Source of the DNA: a candidate division WOR-3 bacterium
Lineage (GTDB): Bacteria > Hydrothermota > Hydrothermia > B15-G9 > WFZT01
Assembly: GCA_027053075.1 (NCBI GenBank)
Contig: JALUEE010000026.1
Coordinates: 1-17,268, forward strand
Length of the DNA stretch: 17,268 bases
Reading direction: 5' to 3'
In this document: positions 8,259 through 16,918 of the stretch, piece by piece
Layout: every line of letters starts with the position of its first letter
How positions within the stretch are numbered: the first letter of the stretch is position 1
The notes under the pieces: model-generated
The model's input: the letters and a program-made list of their open reading frames with translations, nothing else
Told to the model about the DNA's origin: nothing
The model's database searches: none
Position numbers and translations under genes: made by a program

Positions 8259-10771
8259 TTCACCACCGATAAAAGCCCTTTTGTAGTTGTAAAACCAGAG
8301 CGTAATAGAATTATATAGGTTCCAGGGGAAATTTTTTCAGGTAAATTCAAAACAAATTTGTTCTCCCCGATTCCTGTGCAGCCAAGACTCTTCTGTGTAA
8401 CAAGCTCTCCTCCAATAGTATAAACGTATGCTCTGATTAGACCCGTATGGAAGGACCTGTATTTGATTTTAACTGTATTTGTACCCTTTAGAGGGTTGGG
8501 ATATATAGCGATAATTCTGTCTCTATCTCCCGGAGCGGGGACATCAAGGGGCTCATGTTGGAGCAAACTAAGGGCGTTGAAAATACCATATCCGGTGAGG
8601 TTATTGGGATCAGGTAGCCCAGGAAACCTTGATGTGGTTTCGTGAACATATTGGAGAATTTTTTGTGCATTCCATGAAGGATGGGCCTCAAGAACAGCCC
8701 CAATACCACCTGCTACAATGGCTGTAGAGATAGATGTTCCTCCAATGATATACACCGTGCCATCAGTATCAGGCCAGCTTATCCTGTATGGTGCCACGAT
8801 GTCGGGTTTGATGCGCCCATCCGCTGTTGGGCCAAACCCGCAGTTGGGCTCCACACTGTCAGGAGAGACTATCCCACCAACTGATATAACATTTCGTGCG
8901 TCTGCAGGCACCACGAGGCTGGTGTCTCCTATAGTGGGATCAGGAAACGAGAAGTGCGAGACATTTCCCATAGCTGTTATAACCACCAGATTGTGTTTGT
9001 AGGCCTCTGAGGCCATTTTTGAGCTGTGGGCGAAATTTCCGGTCATAAGAGAATCTCCATAATTATCCCTGCCATTTGTGTACCGGTATCCGAGCGAACT
9101 TGAAAGGAGCTGCGCACCGTGCCTGATACTCCATTCCATAGCTTCGACCCAGAAATCCTCCTCAATTACACTCTCAAAATCATTACCGTTAGGGCCTGAG
9201 ACAACCCTTTCTGTTTTGGCAATTAAATAATCGGCACCGGGTGCACCTCCCACAATGCTCCCCTCAAGAAATCCTCCAATGATACTGAGCATTTTTGTGC
9301 CATGCTCGGTGGGGTCATAGGGATCAGGTGTTATATCCGTATCCCCCCTCTTTCTGTAAACTGTGTAAATACCGGAAGAGACAAAGTCGACAAATTCTGA
9401 ATCTATTAAAGTAACCGCTGGATTTGAAAGAGAAGTGCTCCATAGACTACCATCTGCAACGTATGCCGTATCGCCAGAGATCGAGATATTGTAAATAAAA
9501 TCCGCGTCCTTTGAGAAAATCTCCACGGGATTGGAAAGCCCGGTGGAGAATCTGTAAAACTTTACCTTTGAGCTATCAAAAACTCCGATTACTACATTCC
9601 CGTCAATCAACTCCACAGCTGGCAGAATCCCGTTTACCGTGGCGATCTCAGTATCACTGGAGGTGGCAAAATAAATCATGCTTGAATCACCAACTCCGCA
9701 TGAGACTATAAGCGTGTCATTACGCATAAGGCCGTCAAGACCCGCTGGCAAACCCTCGAAGCTGATTAGAGTATCGGGTGGAAAAAAGCTTCTACCGCCA
9801 TCTGTTGATACCCTGAGCATTAGCCCCGCAGTGGTGTCAACCCAGGCAATATAGACGCTGGACTGATTTGCAAGCACGATTGGGTTTACAGATTCATGAT
9901 TTCCAGTTGAGAGCAATACAGGTGTACTTAAATTTCCGCTCACGAGATCATAAGTTACAAATTTAACCCTGAAATTTCCCTGATACTCCTGATATGCCAC
10001 AAATGCTGTGTCGTTTCTCAGGGCAATTGAAGGAAAATTTTTCTCGGTCGCGTAACCGTCAATATGAATGGTATCCCATGATGTAACCTGACCATAGCTC
10101 AGATTGCCAACGGTAAGGCCAAGTGTCCATTTCCCATAAAGATAAGAACTCCCGATACTGTCCGTAGGTGAAATGCTGTAAATTACCACCAGATGGCTGG
10201 AATCAGAGGCAACATCAAAACTATTAATATACTGAATCAGTCCATGCCTGATCAGCGGTATTTCAGAATTAAGACCACGCAGGTAAAGGTGGTCTCCTGA
10301 ATTAAAATCATGCTTCGCAATTACTCCATGTCTTCGCCAGATGTGAGAAACTGCGGGGTGGGTAGAATCCACCCCCACGTCAAGCAGGGCTATTTTAACA
10401 CCGATGCCCACAAAACCCTTTTTGTGAACCTCGGGAATCTTTACCATTTCAAGGGAGCTTCGCGAATCTCCGTAGTCAAAATCCTCGGGTCTGTAAAGTT
10501 TTTGACCATCGATCTGGGTCTTCATCTCCGAAACAAATGAGAATGTTAACCCTTTGCTCATGCGGACGCTTAGAGGAGAGGCAAAGTATGAGCCTGCCTT
10601 TAAAATCCTTGAATCGGCCCGCATTCTGGCAAGGTAGAGATGCAGCAGGTAGTTATTCTTTACCGAATTACTACCATCAACCCAGACATTCCGATAATCG
10701 GTAAGGCTTTTTGAATTTAACCACGTAGACTGTGGCAAAAATGCAAAAAGAACCAGCAAAGAGGTAATCAT
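8255..10771 (-). CDS. Secreted subtilisin-like S8 serine peptidase with a large internal insertion and a T9SS type-A-like C-terminal domain
   Basis: Hydrophobic N-terminus. Catalytic D131 (IALLDVG), H490 (HGTKM), oxyanion N (TAMGN), GRIKPDIVAP, S680 (GTSIS) and GYG. C-terminal IYPNP...VYTIGGELV...SPGTYII...VVK. Confidence 0.88.
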   Translation of the reverse strand: MITSLLVLFAFLPQSTWLNSKSLTDYRNVWVDGSNSVKNNYLLHLYLARMRADSRILKAGSYFASPLSVRMSKGLTFSFVSEMKTQIDGQKLYRPEDFDYGDSRSSLEMVKIPEVHKKGFVGIGVKIALLDVGVDSTHPAVSHIWRRHGVIAKHDFNSGDHLYLRGLNSEIPLIRHGLIQYINSFDVASDSSHLVVIYSISPTDSIGSSYLYGKWTLGLTVGNLSYGQVTSWDTIHIDGYATEKNFPSIALRNDTAFVAYQEYQGNFRVKFVTYDLVSGNLSTPVLLSTGNHESVNPIVLANQSSVYIAWVDTTAGLMLRVSTDGGRSFFPPDTLISFEGLPAGLDGLMRNDTLIVSCGVGDSSMIYFATSSDTEIATVNGILPAVELIDGNVVIGVFDSSKVKFYRFSTGLSNPVEIFSKDADFIYNISISGDTAYVADGSLWSTSLSNPAVTLIDSEFVDFVSSGIYTVYRKRGDTDITPDPYDPTEHGTKMLSIIGGFLEGSIVGGAPGADYLIAKTERVVSGPNGNDFESVIEEDFWVEAMEWSIRHGAQLLSSSLGYRYTNGRDNYGDSLMTGNFAHSSKMASEAYKHNLVVITAMGNVSHFSFPDPTIGDTSLVVPADARNVISVGGIVSPDSVEPNCGFGPTADGRIKPDIVAPYRISWPDTDGTVYIIGGTSISTAIVAGGIGAVLEAHPSWNAQKILQYVHETTSRFPGLPDPNNLTGYGIFNALSLLQHEPLDVPAPGDRDRIIAIYPNPLKGTNTVKIKYRSFHTGLIRAYVYTIGGELVTQKSLGCTGIGENKFVLNLPEKISPGTYIILLRSGFTTTKGLLSVVK

Positions 10772-10773
10772 CG

Positions 10774-11037
10774 CTAATACTCTGAAAGCTTATTGAGGTG
10801 TTCTTCAGCGTCCTTATTCGAGGGCTCTTTGTCGATCACTTTTTTAAAGTACTCTTGAGCCTTTTCCCTGTCGTTGATAATTTCGTACAAAATTCCGAGG
10901 TTATAGAGAGCCTCGACATTATCTGGCTCAATCTCCAGTATCCTCTTTAGAATATGCTCAGCCTTCTCGTACTGCTGGTTGACTATATAAAATTTTGCCT
11001 CCTCAAGGAGCTCTTTGACGTTAAATTCGTTATCCAT
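10774..11037 (-). CDS. Small TPR protein (about 2 repeats)
   Basis: YEKAEHILKRILEIEPDNVEALYNLGILYE...AQEYFKKVIDKEPSN matches the TPR consensus. Overlaps the ktrA stop. Confidence 0.85.
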   Translation of the reverse strand: MDNEFNVKELLEEAKFYIVNQQYEKAEHILKRILEIEPDNVEALYNLGILYEIINDREKAQEYFKKVIDKEPSNKDAEEHLNKLSEY

Positions 11038-11725
11038 TTTCCTTAAACCTTTCGATGTTTTCTGTCGAGCCTAATACTACGAGAACATCCCCTTTGAGAA
11101 TTTCCTCTGCCGGATCAGGGGCAACAAGTACTTCCTCTTTGTAGTCAATTTTGCCATCTGCATTCATCTTTGGGACTTTTCTTTTGATGGCAATAATGTA
11201 AATCCCATACTTGGAGCGGACCCCGGATTCCCGGATGCTTTTCCCTTCAAGGTCCGGTGGGGCAACTATTTCAACAATGGCGTAATCTTTTGAAAGTTCT
11301 ATAATGTCAAAAATCCTTGGCGAAACGAGACTTTCAGCGATCTTTTGCCCCATCTCACGCTCTGGGAAGACCACCCGGTCGGCCCCAATTTTTTTCAAAA
11401 TCCTTGCGTGAACATCGGAGCCGGCCTTGGAAAGTACCCTCTTTGCACCTAACTCTTTGACAAGCAGTGTGGTGAGGATTGATGATTCAATATCGCTACT
11501 GATTGCCACGATAACCCAGTCAAATTCCTGAACCCCTATGGTTTTCAAGGCCTTGTCGTTTGTTGAATCCATAATTAATGCCTGAGAGACATTTTCCTCT
11601 ATTTCGGAAACCCGCGCCTCGTTGCGATCAATGGCCAGAACTTCATGGCCGGACTCCGCAAGAGCAAGGGCCACCGAACGCCCAAATCTCCCAAGACCTA
11701 TGACGCAAAACTGTTTTTGTTCCAT
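11030..11725 (-). CDS. ktrA: Ktr/Trk potassium uptake regulatory RCK subunit
   Basis: VIGLGRFG nucleotide-binding motif, IGADRVVFPEREMG, and a C-terminal RCK_C domain. Adjacent to a KtrB-type membrane subunit. Confidence 0.9.
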   Translation of the reverse strand: MEQKQFCVIGLGRFGRSVALALAESGHEVLAIDRNEARVSEIEENVSQALIMDSTNDKALKTIGVQEFDWVIVAISSDIESSILTTLLVKELGAKRVLSKAGSDVHARILKKIGADRVVFPEREMGQKIAESLVSPRIFDIIELSKDYAIVEIVAPPDLEGKSIRESGVRSKYGIYIIAIKRKVPKMNADGKIDYKEEVLVAPDPAEEILKGDVLVVLGSTENIERFKENG

Positions 11726-11726
11726 T

Positions 11727-13076
11727 TTACCCTACGATGTATTTCCCTTCTACATGCCTAACAGGCTCAGCCTTTTTCTCTGCCAGCAATGCTACAATTG
11801 ATAAAACCCCCACTTTCCCTATCAACATGAGAGTAATAATAATCCATTTGCCCAAAATTGAAAAGTCAGCAGAGAGTGAAACATTCTGATAAATCTTGGA
11901 GCCAAGCGAAAGCCCAACGGTCCCAAATGCCGATGCGATCTCGAAAAGATAGGGGAGAAGGCCGTTTTTCTCGATACCGTGGAGTTCCGTGATGGACAGT
12001 AAAAATCCAGCCGAGAGAATAACAAGGGTCGTTATTATCAAAATAGTAACTGCCCTTTTGAGTGACTCTTCTGGAATTCTGTATCCGTGAAACACAGGCT
12101 CCTTTCTCTGAAAGTATGCCTTGATCCATGCAAGATACGCGTAAAAAGTGGTGGTCTTTATTCCACCTGCAGTTCCACCAGGTGAACCTCCGATAATCAT
12201 GAGTACGATCAAGAGAAACAGCGAGGCAGGATGGTAAAAGTTCAGGTCAATTGTGTTAAACCCCGCTGTCCTTGGAGTAACTGCCTGGAACATGGAGGCA
12301 AATATCCGCTCAATAAGATTGTAATGTCCGTACCCGTAAATTGACTCATAGATAAGGAAGAAGAGCGTTGATAAAAGGATCAAAACACCGGAGATAGAGA
12401 GTGCAGCCTTGGTGTGTAGTGAGAGCTTTTTTCTGATCTTCAGAATATATCTTTCGTAGAGCTCCATAATCACAAAGAAGCCTATTCCACCGATAAAAAT
12501 CAGAGCCATGACCGTGAGATTGACGATAGCATTTGCCCTGAAAGATACAAGACTATCAGAAAAGGTCGCAAATCCAGCATTACAGAAGGCAGAAACACTG
12601 ATGAAAATAGAGTGCAGAAATGCCCTCACCGGTCCGATACCATGCATCAGAAAGCCAATAAAAAGCAAAGCTGCCCCGAGCCCTTCCAGAAGGAACGTGA
12701 TTTTTAACACGTTTATCGCAAATTTCCAGATATTCCCTGGTGTGAGAGCAGGAAAGCTCTCTGCAGCGATGAGCCTGAGCTTCAGGCTCGAGCGTCTCCC
12801 AAGGGCAAAGATAAAAACTGTAGCAAAAGTCATGTAACCAAGACCACCAATCTGGATGAGTAAGAGGATTACCAGTTTACCAAAAAATGTGAAGAAAACG
12901 GGTGTGTCCTTTACGATTAGCCCTGTTACACATACAGCAGAGGTGGATGTGAAAATGGCATCAGTTAACCCAAGAGGACCTCTCCTTGATATGGGAAGCA
13001 GCAGGAGGAATGCCCCAACAAGAATAATCGAAAAGTACCCCAATATGAGTATTTTGACCGGTGTTAGTTTTTTCAT
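11727..13076 (-). CDS. ktrB: Ktr/TrkH-family potassium uptake membrane subunit
   Basis: Four pore loops (SAVCVTGL, SAFCNAGF, TPRTAGF, SAFGTVGLS), intramembrane loop GGSPGGTAGGIK, and C-terminal IVG. Confidence 0.92.
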   Translation of the reverse strand: MKKLTPVKILILGYFSIILVGAFLLLLPISRRGPLGLTDAIFTSTSAVCVTGLIVKDTPVFFTFFGKLVILLLIQIGGLGYMTFATVFIFALGRRSSLKLRLIAAESFPALTPGNIWKFAINVLKITFLLEGLGAALLFIGFLMHGIGPVRAFLHSIFISVSAFCNAGFATFSDSLVSFRANAIVNLTVMALIFIGGIGFFVIMELYERYILKIRKKLSLHTKAALSISGVLILLSTLFFLIYESIYGYGHYNLIERIFASMFQAVTPRTAGFNTIDLNFYHPASLFLLIVLMIIGGSPGGTAGGIKTTTFYAYLAWIKAYFQRKEPVFHGYRIPEESLKRAVTILIITTLVILSAGFLLSITELHGIEKNGLLPYLFEIASAFGTVGLSLGSKIYQNVSLSADFSILGKWIIITLMLIGKVGVLSIVALLAEKKAEPVRHVEGKYIVG

Positions 13077-13561
13077 CTAACAATAAAGACGATAACCCTC
13101 CTGGGGCCGTGTGCCCCTTTTACCAAAATTTTTTCAATGTCTGCTGTCTTTGACGGTCCAACGATAAAAGTTATGTCTGGCAAAGGATGGGGTATATTCT
13201 CAAAAAGAACGTCAAAATCGTCAAGGATGTTGGATTCCCTTAAAAGAGCGATGTGAATATCTGGCAGTAAAGATGGAAGCTTGTCTGAAGGGCTTTCTGC
13301 CAGCTCTACAAGGCCCCCAGAATAAGCTATGCCAAAATCTGCCTCACTCAATCCAGCATCCACATCTTCATAAAATTTTTCGGTGAATTCAATGTCCAAG
13401 GAAAGCTCGTTTATTAGTCCCTTAGGCCGCACGAAAACACGCTTGATACCTTCCTTTTTGAAAAACTCATTCAAATCCTCATTTAGCCTCGATCGTGAGG
13501 TGAGGTAAACCTCAACGTCGTTCCTTTTTAGCTCCTCTATGAATTTTTCCGTTCTTTCCAT
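13073..13561 (-). CDS. lutC: Lactate utilization protein C (LUD domain)
   Basis: SLLPDIHIALL and FIVGPSKTADIEKILVKGAHGP. Third gene of lutABC. Confidence 0.88.
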   Translation of the reverse strand: MERTEKFIEELKRNDVEVYLTSRSRLNEDLNEFFKKEGIKRVFVRPKGLINELSLDIEFTEKFYEDVDAGLSEADFGIAYSGGLVELAESPSDKLPSLLPDIHIALLRESNILDDFDVLFENIPHPLPDITFIVGPSKTADIEKILVKGAHGPRRVIVFIVR

Positions 13562-14922
13562 AGTTCTCTAAAAGATTTGCCCGGAAGGGGCTCTATATCT
13601 TTCCACTTTGTCCAGTTTGAGAAGACGAAAGGGAGGTGCGTAAGTTTGTCCTCTTTCTTAAAAATTCCCTGAATTTTTGATGCCAGATGGAATCCTAATT
13701 TATTTAGAACTGGTTTGGTCATCAGTTGAGACCACAGGCCAACAAGTGCCTTCTCCTCAAATTTTCCACCTGTTTGCTCTATGACCCTGCGTCTCAACTC
13801 AAGTAGAATACGCGGGATGTTAATCCTGACAGGGCATATTTCGTAGCAGGCACCGCAGAGAGTTGAAGCAAATGGGAGTTCTTTTGCGACCTCGGGGCCG
13901 AAAATAGCATAAGTCCAGATAATCCCGATTGGGCCTGAATAAACACTCCCATAGGCATGTCCACCGACAAGCTGGAAAATGGGACAAACGTTTGAGCATC
14001 CACCACATCTAATGCACATTAGAGCTTCACGTAAAACAGGGTCATTAAGCATTCTGCGACGTCCATTATCTATTAAAACAATATGGACCTCGTGGTCTTT
14101 TGAGGCTCGTGAGAAAATGTTGGTATAGACTGTCTGATGTTGTCCTGTGCTGCTCGGAGCAAGTATTTTCAAGAAGACAGGCAGGTCTTTAATCGATGGG
14201 ATCAGTTTCTCAATACCCGTAACAGCAACGTGTAAAGGGGGTAGAGTAGTGGACATGCGAGCGTTTCCTTCATTTTCGACCACCACAAAGGAGCCCGTGT
14301 CGGCAATGAGAAAATTTGCTCCGGACATCCCTGCATCCGCTTCGAAGTATTTTCCCCTCAAGTAATTCCGGGCAAATTTTGTTAATTCCTCAGGCTCCTC
14401 TGTGTATTCCATGCCCAATTTTTCATTAAACAATCTGGCAATCTCGCGTCTCGTGAGATGTATGGCCGGGGCTGTAATGTGGGATGGTTTTTGATGGGCG
14501 ATCTGGATGATAAACTCCCCGAGGTCGGTTTCATATTTCTTGATACCGTGAGCCTCAAGAAACGGGTTTATTTCAATTTCTTCCTGAGTCATTGATTTGC
14601 TTGAGACGGCCAGTTTCACGTTTCTCTCTTTAAAAATCTGCAAAATAATTTCTCTTGCCTCACGGGCATCCCCTGCCTCGTGAATCACAAAGCCGTTTTT
14701 CCTGGCATTCTCTTTAAATTTCCCAAGGTAGCCGTCGAAGTCCCGGAGTATTTCCTCTTTCGCCGCTCTTGCCCTGTCTCTTAATTCCTCAAAGTCAGGT
14801 ATCCGTGCGATGGTCTCTCGTCTTTTATCGAGGGCATGCATGGTGGCTTTCTGAACAGCCTCTACTACCGTGGGATTGGATAAAATTTTTCTTGCGTTTT
14901 CGTAGAAATTAATCTTTTTCAT
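13537..14922 (-). CDS. lutB: Lactate utilization protein B (LUD domain plus 4Fe-4S)
   Basis: SKSM..EEI, ETDLGEFIIQ, PSHITAPAIH, ENEGN, CIRCGGCSNVCP and STLCGACYEICPV. ATG at 14922 (MKKINFY), overlapping the lutA end, is preferred over the longer track start. Confidence 0.92.
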   Translation of the reverse strand: MKKINFYENARKILSNPTVVEAVQKATMHALDKRRETIARIPDFEELRDRARAAKEEILRDFDGYLGKFKENARKNGFVIHEAGDAREAREIILQIFKERNVKLAVSSKSMTQEEIEINPFLEAHGIKKYETDLGEFIIQIAHQKPSHITAPAIHLTRREIARLFNEKLGMEYTEEPEELTKFARNYLRGKYFEADAGMSGANFLIADTGSFVVVENEGNARMSTTLPPLHVAVTGIEKLIPSIKDLPVFLKILAPSSTGQHQTVYTNIFSRASKDHEVHIVLIDNGRRRMLNDPVLREALMCIRCGGCSNVCPIFQLVGGHAYGSVYSGPIGIIWTYAIFGPEVAKELPFASTLCGACYEICPVRINIPRILLELRRRVIEQTGGKFEEKALVGLWSQLMTKPVLNKLGFHLASKIQGIFKKEDKLTHLPFVFSNWTKWKDIEPLPGKSFRELWKERKNS

Positions 14923-15652
14923 CTTCCAGTCCTTCGGCAAGTATCTCAACGATATGGACAGGCTTTATCTTTAAGCCAAGCCTCGATAGCACACCACCAA
15001 TATTCATCAGGCAACTGAGGTCAGACGAGGTCACAAAATCGGCATGCGTACCCTCAATGCTCTCGGCTTTCCTTTTAGTCATGTTGTATGAAAGGTCCGG
15101 AAACTTTATGGAGAAAAGCCCCCCGAATCCGCAGCAGGTCTCTTCGAGGTCCATTGGAATAAAGTCCGCATTTTTCAAATTTTTCAAGAATTCCTTCGGT
15201 TCCCCTTTCACTCCGAGGCCACGTAGATAGTGGCACGAGGCATGATAGGTAACTTTTCCTCTGAAAGTGGATGGAATTTCTTTGACTCTTAAAACTTTTG
15301 TGAGAAATTCGACTATCTCATAAAGTTTCGGCTTTATTCTTTGTACCCTTTCGAGCGTTTTAGGTTCATCTTTGAACAGTATTTCGTAGTTTTCTCGAAT
15401 CATATGTACGCACGAGCCAGATGGTGCGACGATGAAATCAAATCCAGGGACATCATAAACATCGAGCCAGGCCCTTGCCATCTCTTTCGCATCTTTCCAG
15501 TAACCCACGTTGAAGGCAATCTGGCCGCAGCAGGAGGGTTTATCGGGTACTTCGACCTCAACACCGAAATGCTCGAGGAGCTTTACGGTATCAAATCCGA
15601 TCTTTGGCTTTATATGATCAACGAGACATGTTGGAAACAATAAAACCCTCAT
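14909..15652 (-). CDS. lutA: Lactate utilization protein A (two CCG Fe-S domains)
   Basis: LFPTCLVD, CCGQ, PSGSC, YHASCH, CCGFGGLFSIK and SCLMNIGG. Confidence 0.92.
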   Translation of the reverse strand: MRVLLFPTCLVDHIKPKIGFDTVKLLEHFGVEVEVPDKPSCCGQIAFNVGYWKDAKEMARAWLDVYDVPGFDFIVAPSGSCVHMIRENYEILFKDEPKTLERVQRIKPKLYEIVEFLTKVLRVKEIPSTFRGKVTYHASCHYLRGLGVKGEPKEFLKNLKNADFIPMDLEETCCGFGGLFSIKFPDLSYNMTKRKAESIEGTHADFVTSSDLSCLMNIGGVLSRLGLKIKPVHIVEILAEGLEDEKD

Positions 15653-15661
15653 TCCATGGAA

Positions 15662-15691
15662 ATTTTAATCTTCCCTCCAATAAAGGGTCAA
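15662..15691 (-). promoter_or_regulatory. Sigma70-type promoter for the lutA-led operon
   Basis: TTGACC-18 nt-TAAAAT, with the lutA ATG 9 nt after the -10. Confidence 0.55.
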
Positions 15692-15710
15692 ACAGTTTTA
15701 GGCATATGAT

Positions 15711-15794
15711 GAATCCGTATACCATCTTTAAGGTATCTACCACCCTCTCCGCGTACGCATTCCCCACTTACCCCATGCTCGCCCTTGTACCATT
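15711..15794 (-). pseudogene. Degraded fragment of an IS3-family DDE transposase (integrase core)
   Basis: Manual translation gives NGTRASMG*VGNAYAERVVDTLKMVYGF, which matches the I-S-M...N-A-x-A-E-R...L-K-x-E-Y segment carrying the third DDE residue. It has an in-frame stop and is not in the ORF track. Confidence 0.55.
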
Positions 15795-16135
15795 TCAAAA
15801 TGATTATACTTTCGTCTCTTTATTAATGCCAAAGTCAATCAGGCTTTGCCTACTGGGGATTTCTCTGTTTTTCTCTATGGCTCTGCCTCTTGATGGAAAT
15901 TTTTTGCCTTAAGTTTTTTTGATGATATTTGTTTTTTATTTTCTCACCAGGCCCTTGAGTGAAGATAGCTTAAGCATGCAACCAAAAACTACCACTTCCC
16001 GCATAAATACTTGTGAGGAGAGGATTCAGGTGGGGCCCACATCTGAAAATTTCAATCAAAAAATCCATCAATCCCCCTCTCCCGCTTTCGGGAGAGGGTC
16101 GGGGTGAGGGTTACATCTTAAATTTTTTATTTTTC

Positions 16136-16366
16136 AAGCGGAAAGCCCCCTCCCTCAATCCCTCCCCCACAGGCAAAGCCTGTGGGGGAGGGAGGTGTTC
16201 CTGGAATTGTGTGGAGAGGTATGGTGAGGGCTACATATGAAAATTACTTTCATTTAAAAGTCTAAAAAGAATCTTTGGAAGCCACTTTTTGTCCAGTTTT
16301 TGCTACCTCACACGAAAAAATAACTCTCCTCTCCCCGCGTAAATTCGTGCGGGGAGAGGCCGGGTG
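16136..16366 (+). repeat. About 230-bp direct repeat, copy 1 (units C0-D0-A1)
   Basis: Aligns with 16917-17143 from AAGCGGAA to GGTG. Confidence 0.92.
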
Positions 16367-16547
16367 AGGGGCCACATCTGAAAATATTAATCAAAAATCA
16401 ACCAATCTCCCTCTCCCGCTTTGCGGGAGAGGGGTGGGGTGAGGGCCAACATCTAAAAATTTTCAATCAAAAATCATCAATCTCCCTATCAACATATTCC
16501 AAGATTTGACGCTGAATATATCCTGAAAAACTTCACCGGTGGGAAAT

Positions 16548-16883
16548 TTAATTATCTTTATTTAGTTCGTACCATATCCTCTGGAGAACCGCTTCTGACT
16601 CTTTTAGAACTTCATTGTCCCAGAATCGTAAGACTGTGTAACCTCTTGACTTCAAATATTCATCTCTTTTACGGTCATACTCATTGTTTATGTGCTGAGA
16701 GCCATCTACTTCGATAATTAGCTTTTTAGAAGGGCAAATAAAGTCAACTATGTAATTTCCGATAGGTACCTGTCTTTTGAATTTGAAGCCCAGTTGTTTT
16801 CCACGTAATTTACTCCAGAGACGACGTTCAGCATCAGTCATATTTTTTCTGAGCTGTCTTGCCCTCTCAGTGAGTTTTCGCAT
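16548..16883 (-). CDS. DUF559 / Vsr-like endonuclease domain protein (YcjD-like), stand-alone, 111 aa
   Basis: Hallmark motifs RARQLRKNMTDAERRLW, FKRQVPIGNYIVDF, KLIIEVDGSQH and YDRKRDEYL...GYTVLRFW. Confidence 0.92.
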   Translation of the reverse strand: MRKLTERARQLRKNMTDAERRLWSKLRGKQLGFKFKRQVPIGNYIVDFICPSKKLIIEVDGSQHINNEYDRKRDEYLKSRGYTVLRFWDNEVLKESEAVLQRIWYELNKDN

Positions 16884-16889
16884 GGTAAG

Positions 16890-16918
16890 ATTATATTGAA
16901 AGGTGAGAATTGTGTTAA
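16890..16918 (-). promoter_or_regulatory. Putative leaderless promoter of the DUF559 gene
   Basis: TTAACA-17 nt-TATAAT-6 nt-ATG, with no Shine-Dalgarno. The -35 touches the edge of direct-repeat copy 2. Confidence 0.6.

Noticed and set aside
9347..10291. Intein as the explanation of the protease insertion
   Set aside because: No Cys/Ser start, no His-Asn end followed by Cys/Ser/Thr, and no LAGLIDADG motifs. An Asp-box is present instead.
15604..15912. 102-aa plus-strand ORF
   Set aside because: It overlaps the lutA start and promoter, is antisense to the transposase relic, and has no recognisable motifs.
16075..16135. Treating the array hairpins as ordinary intrinsic terminators
   Set aside because: The stems are followed by a G-rich tail rather than a U-tract, and they are far more numerous and ordered than termination of one small gene would need.
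16013..16240. 75-aa plus-strand ORF (PPLPLSGEGRGEG...) and the overlapping 15919-16107 ORF
   Set aside because: These are read-through translations of the palindromic repeats, with no RBS or recognisable domain.
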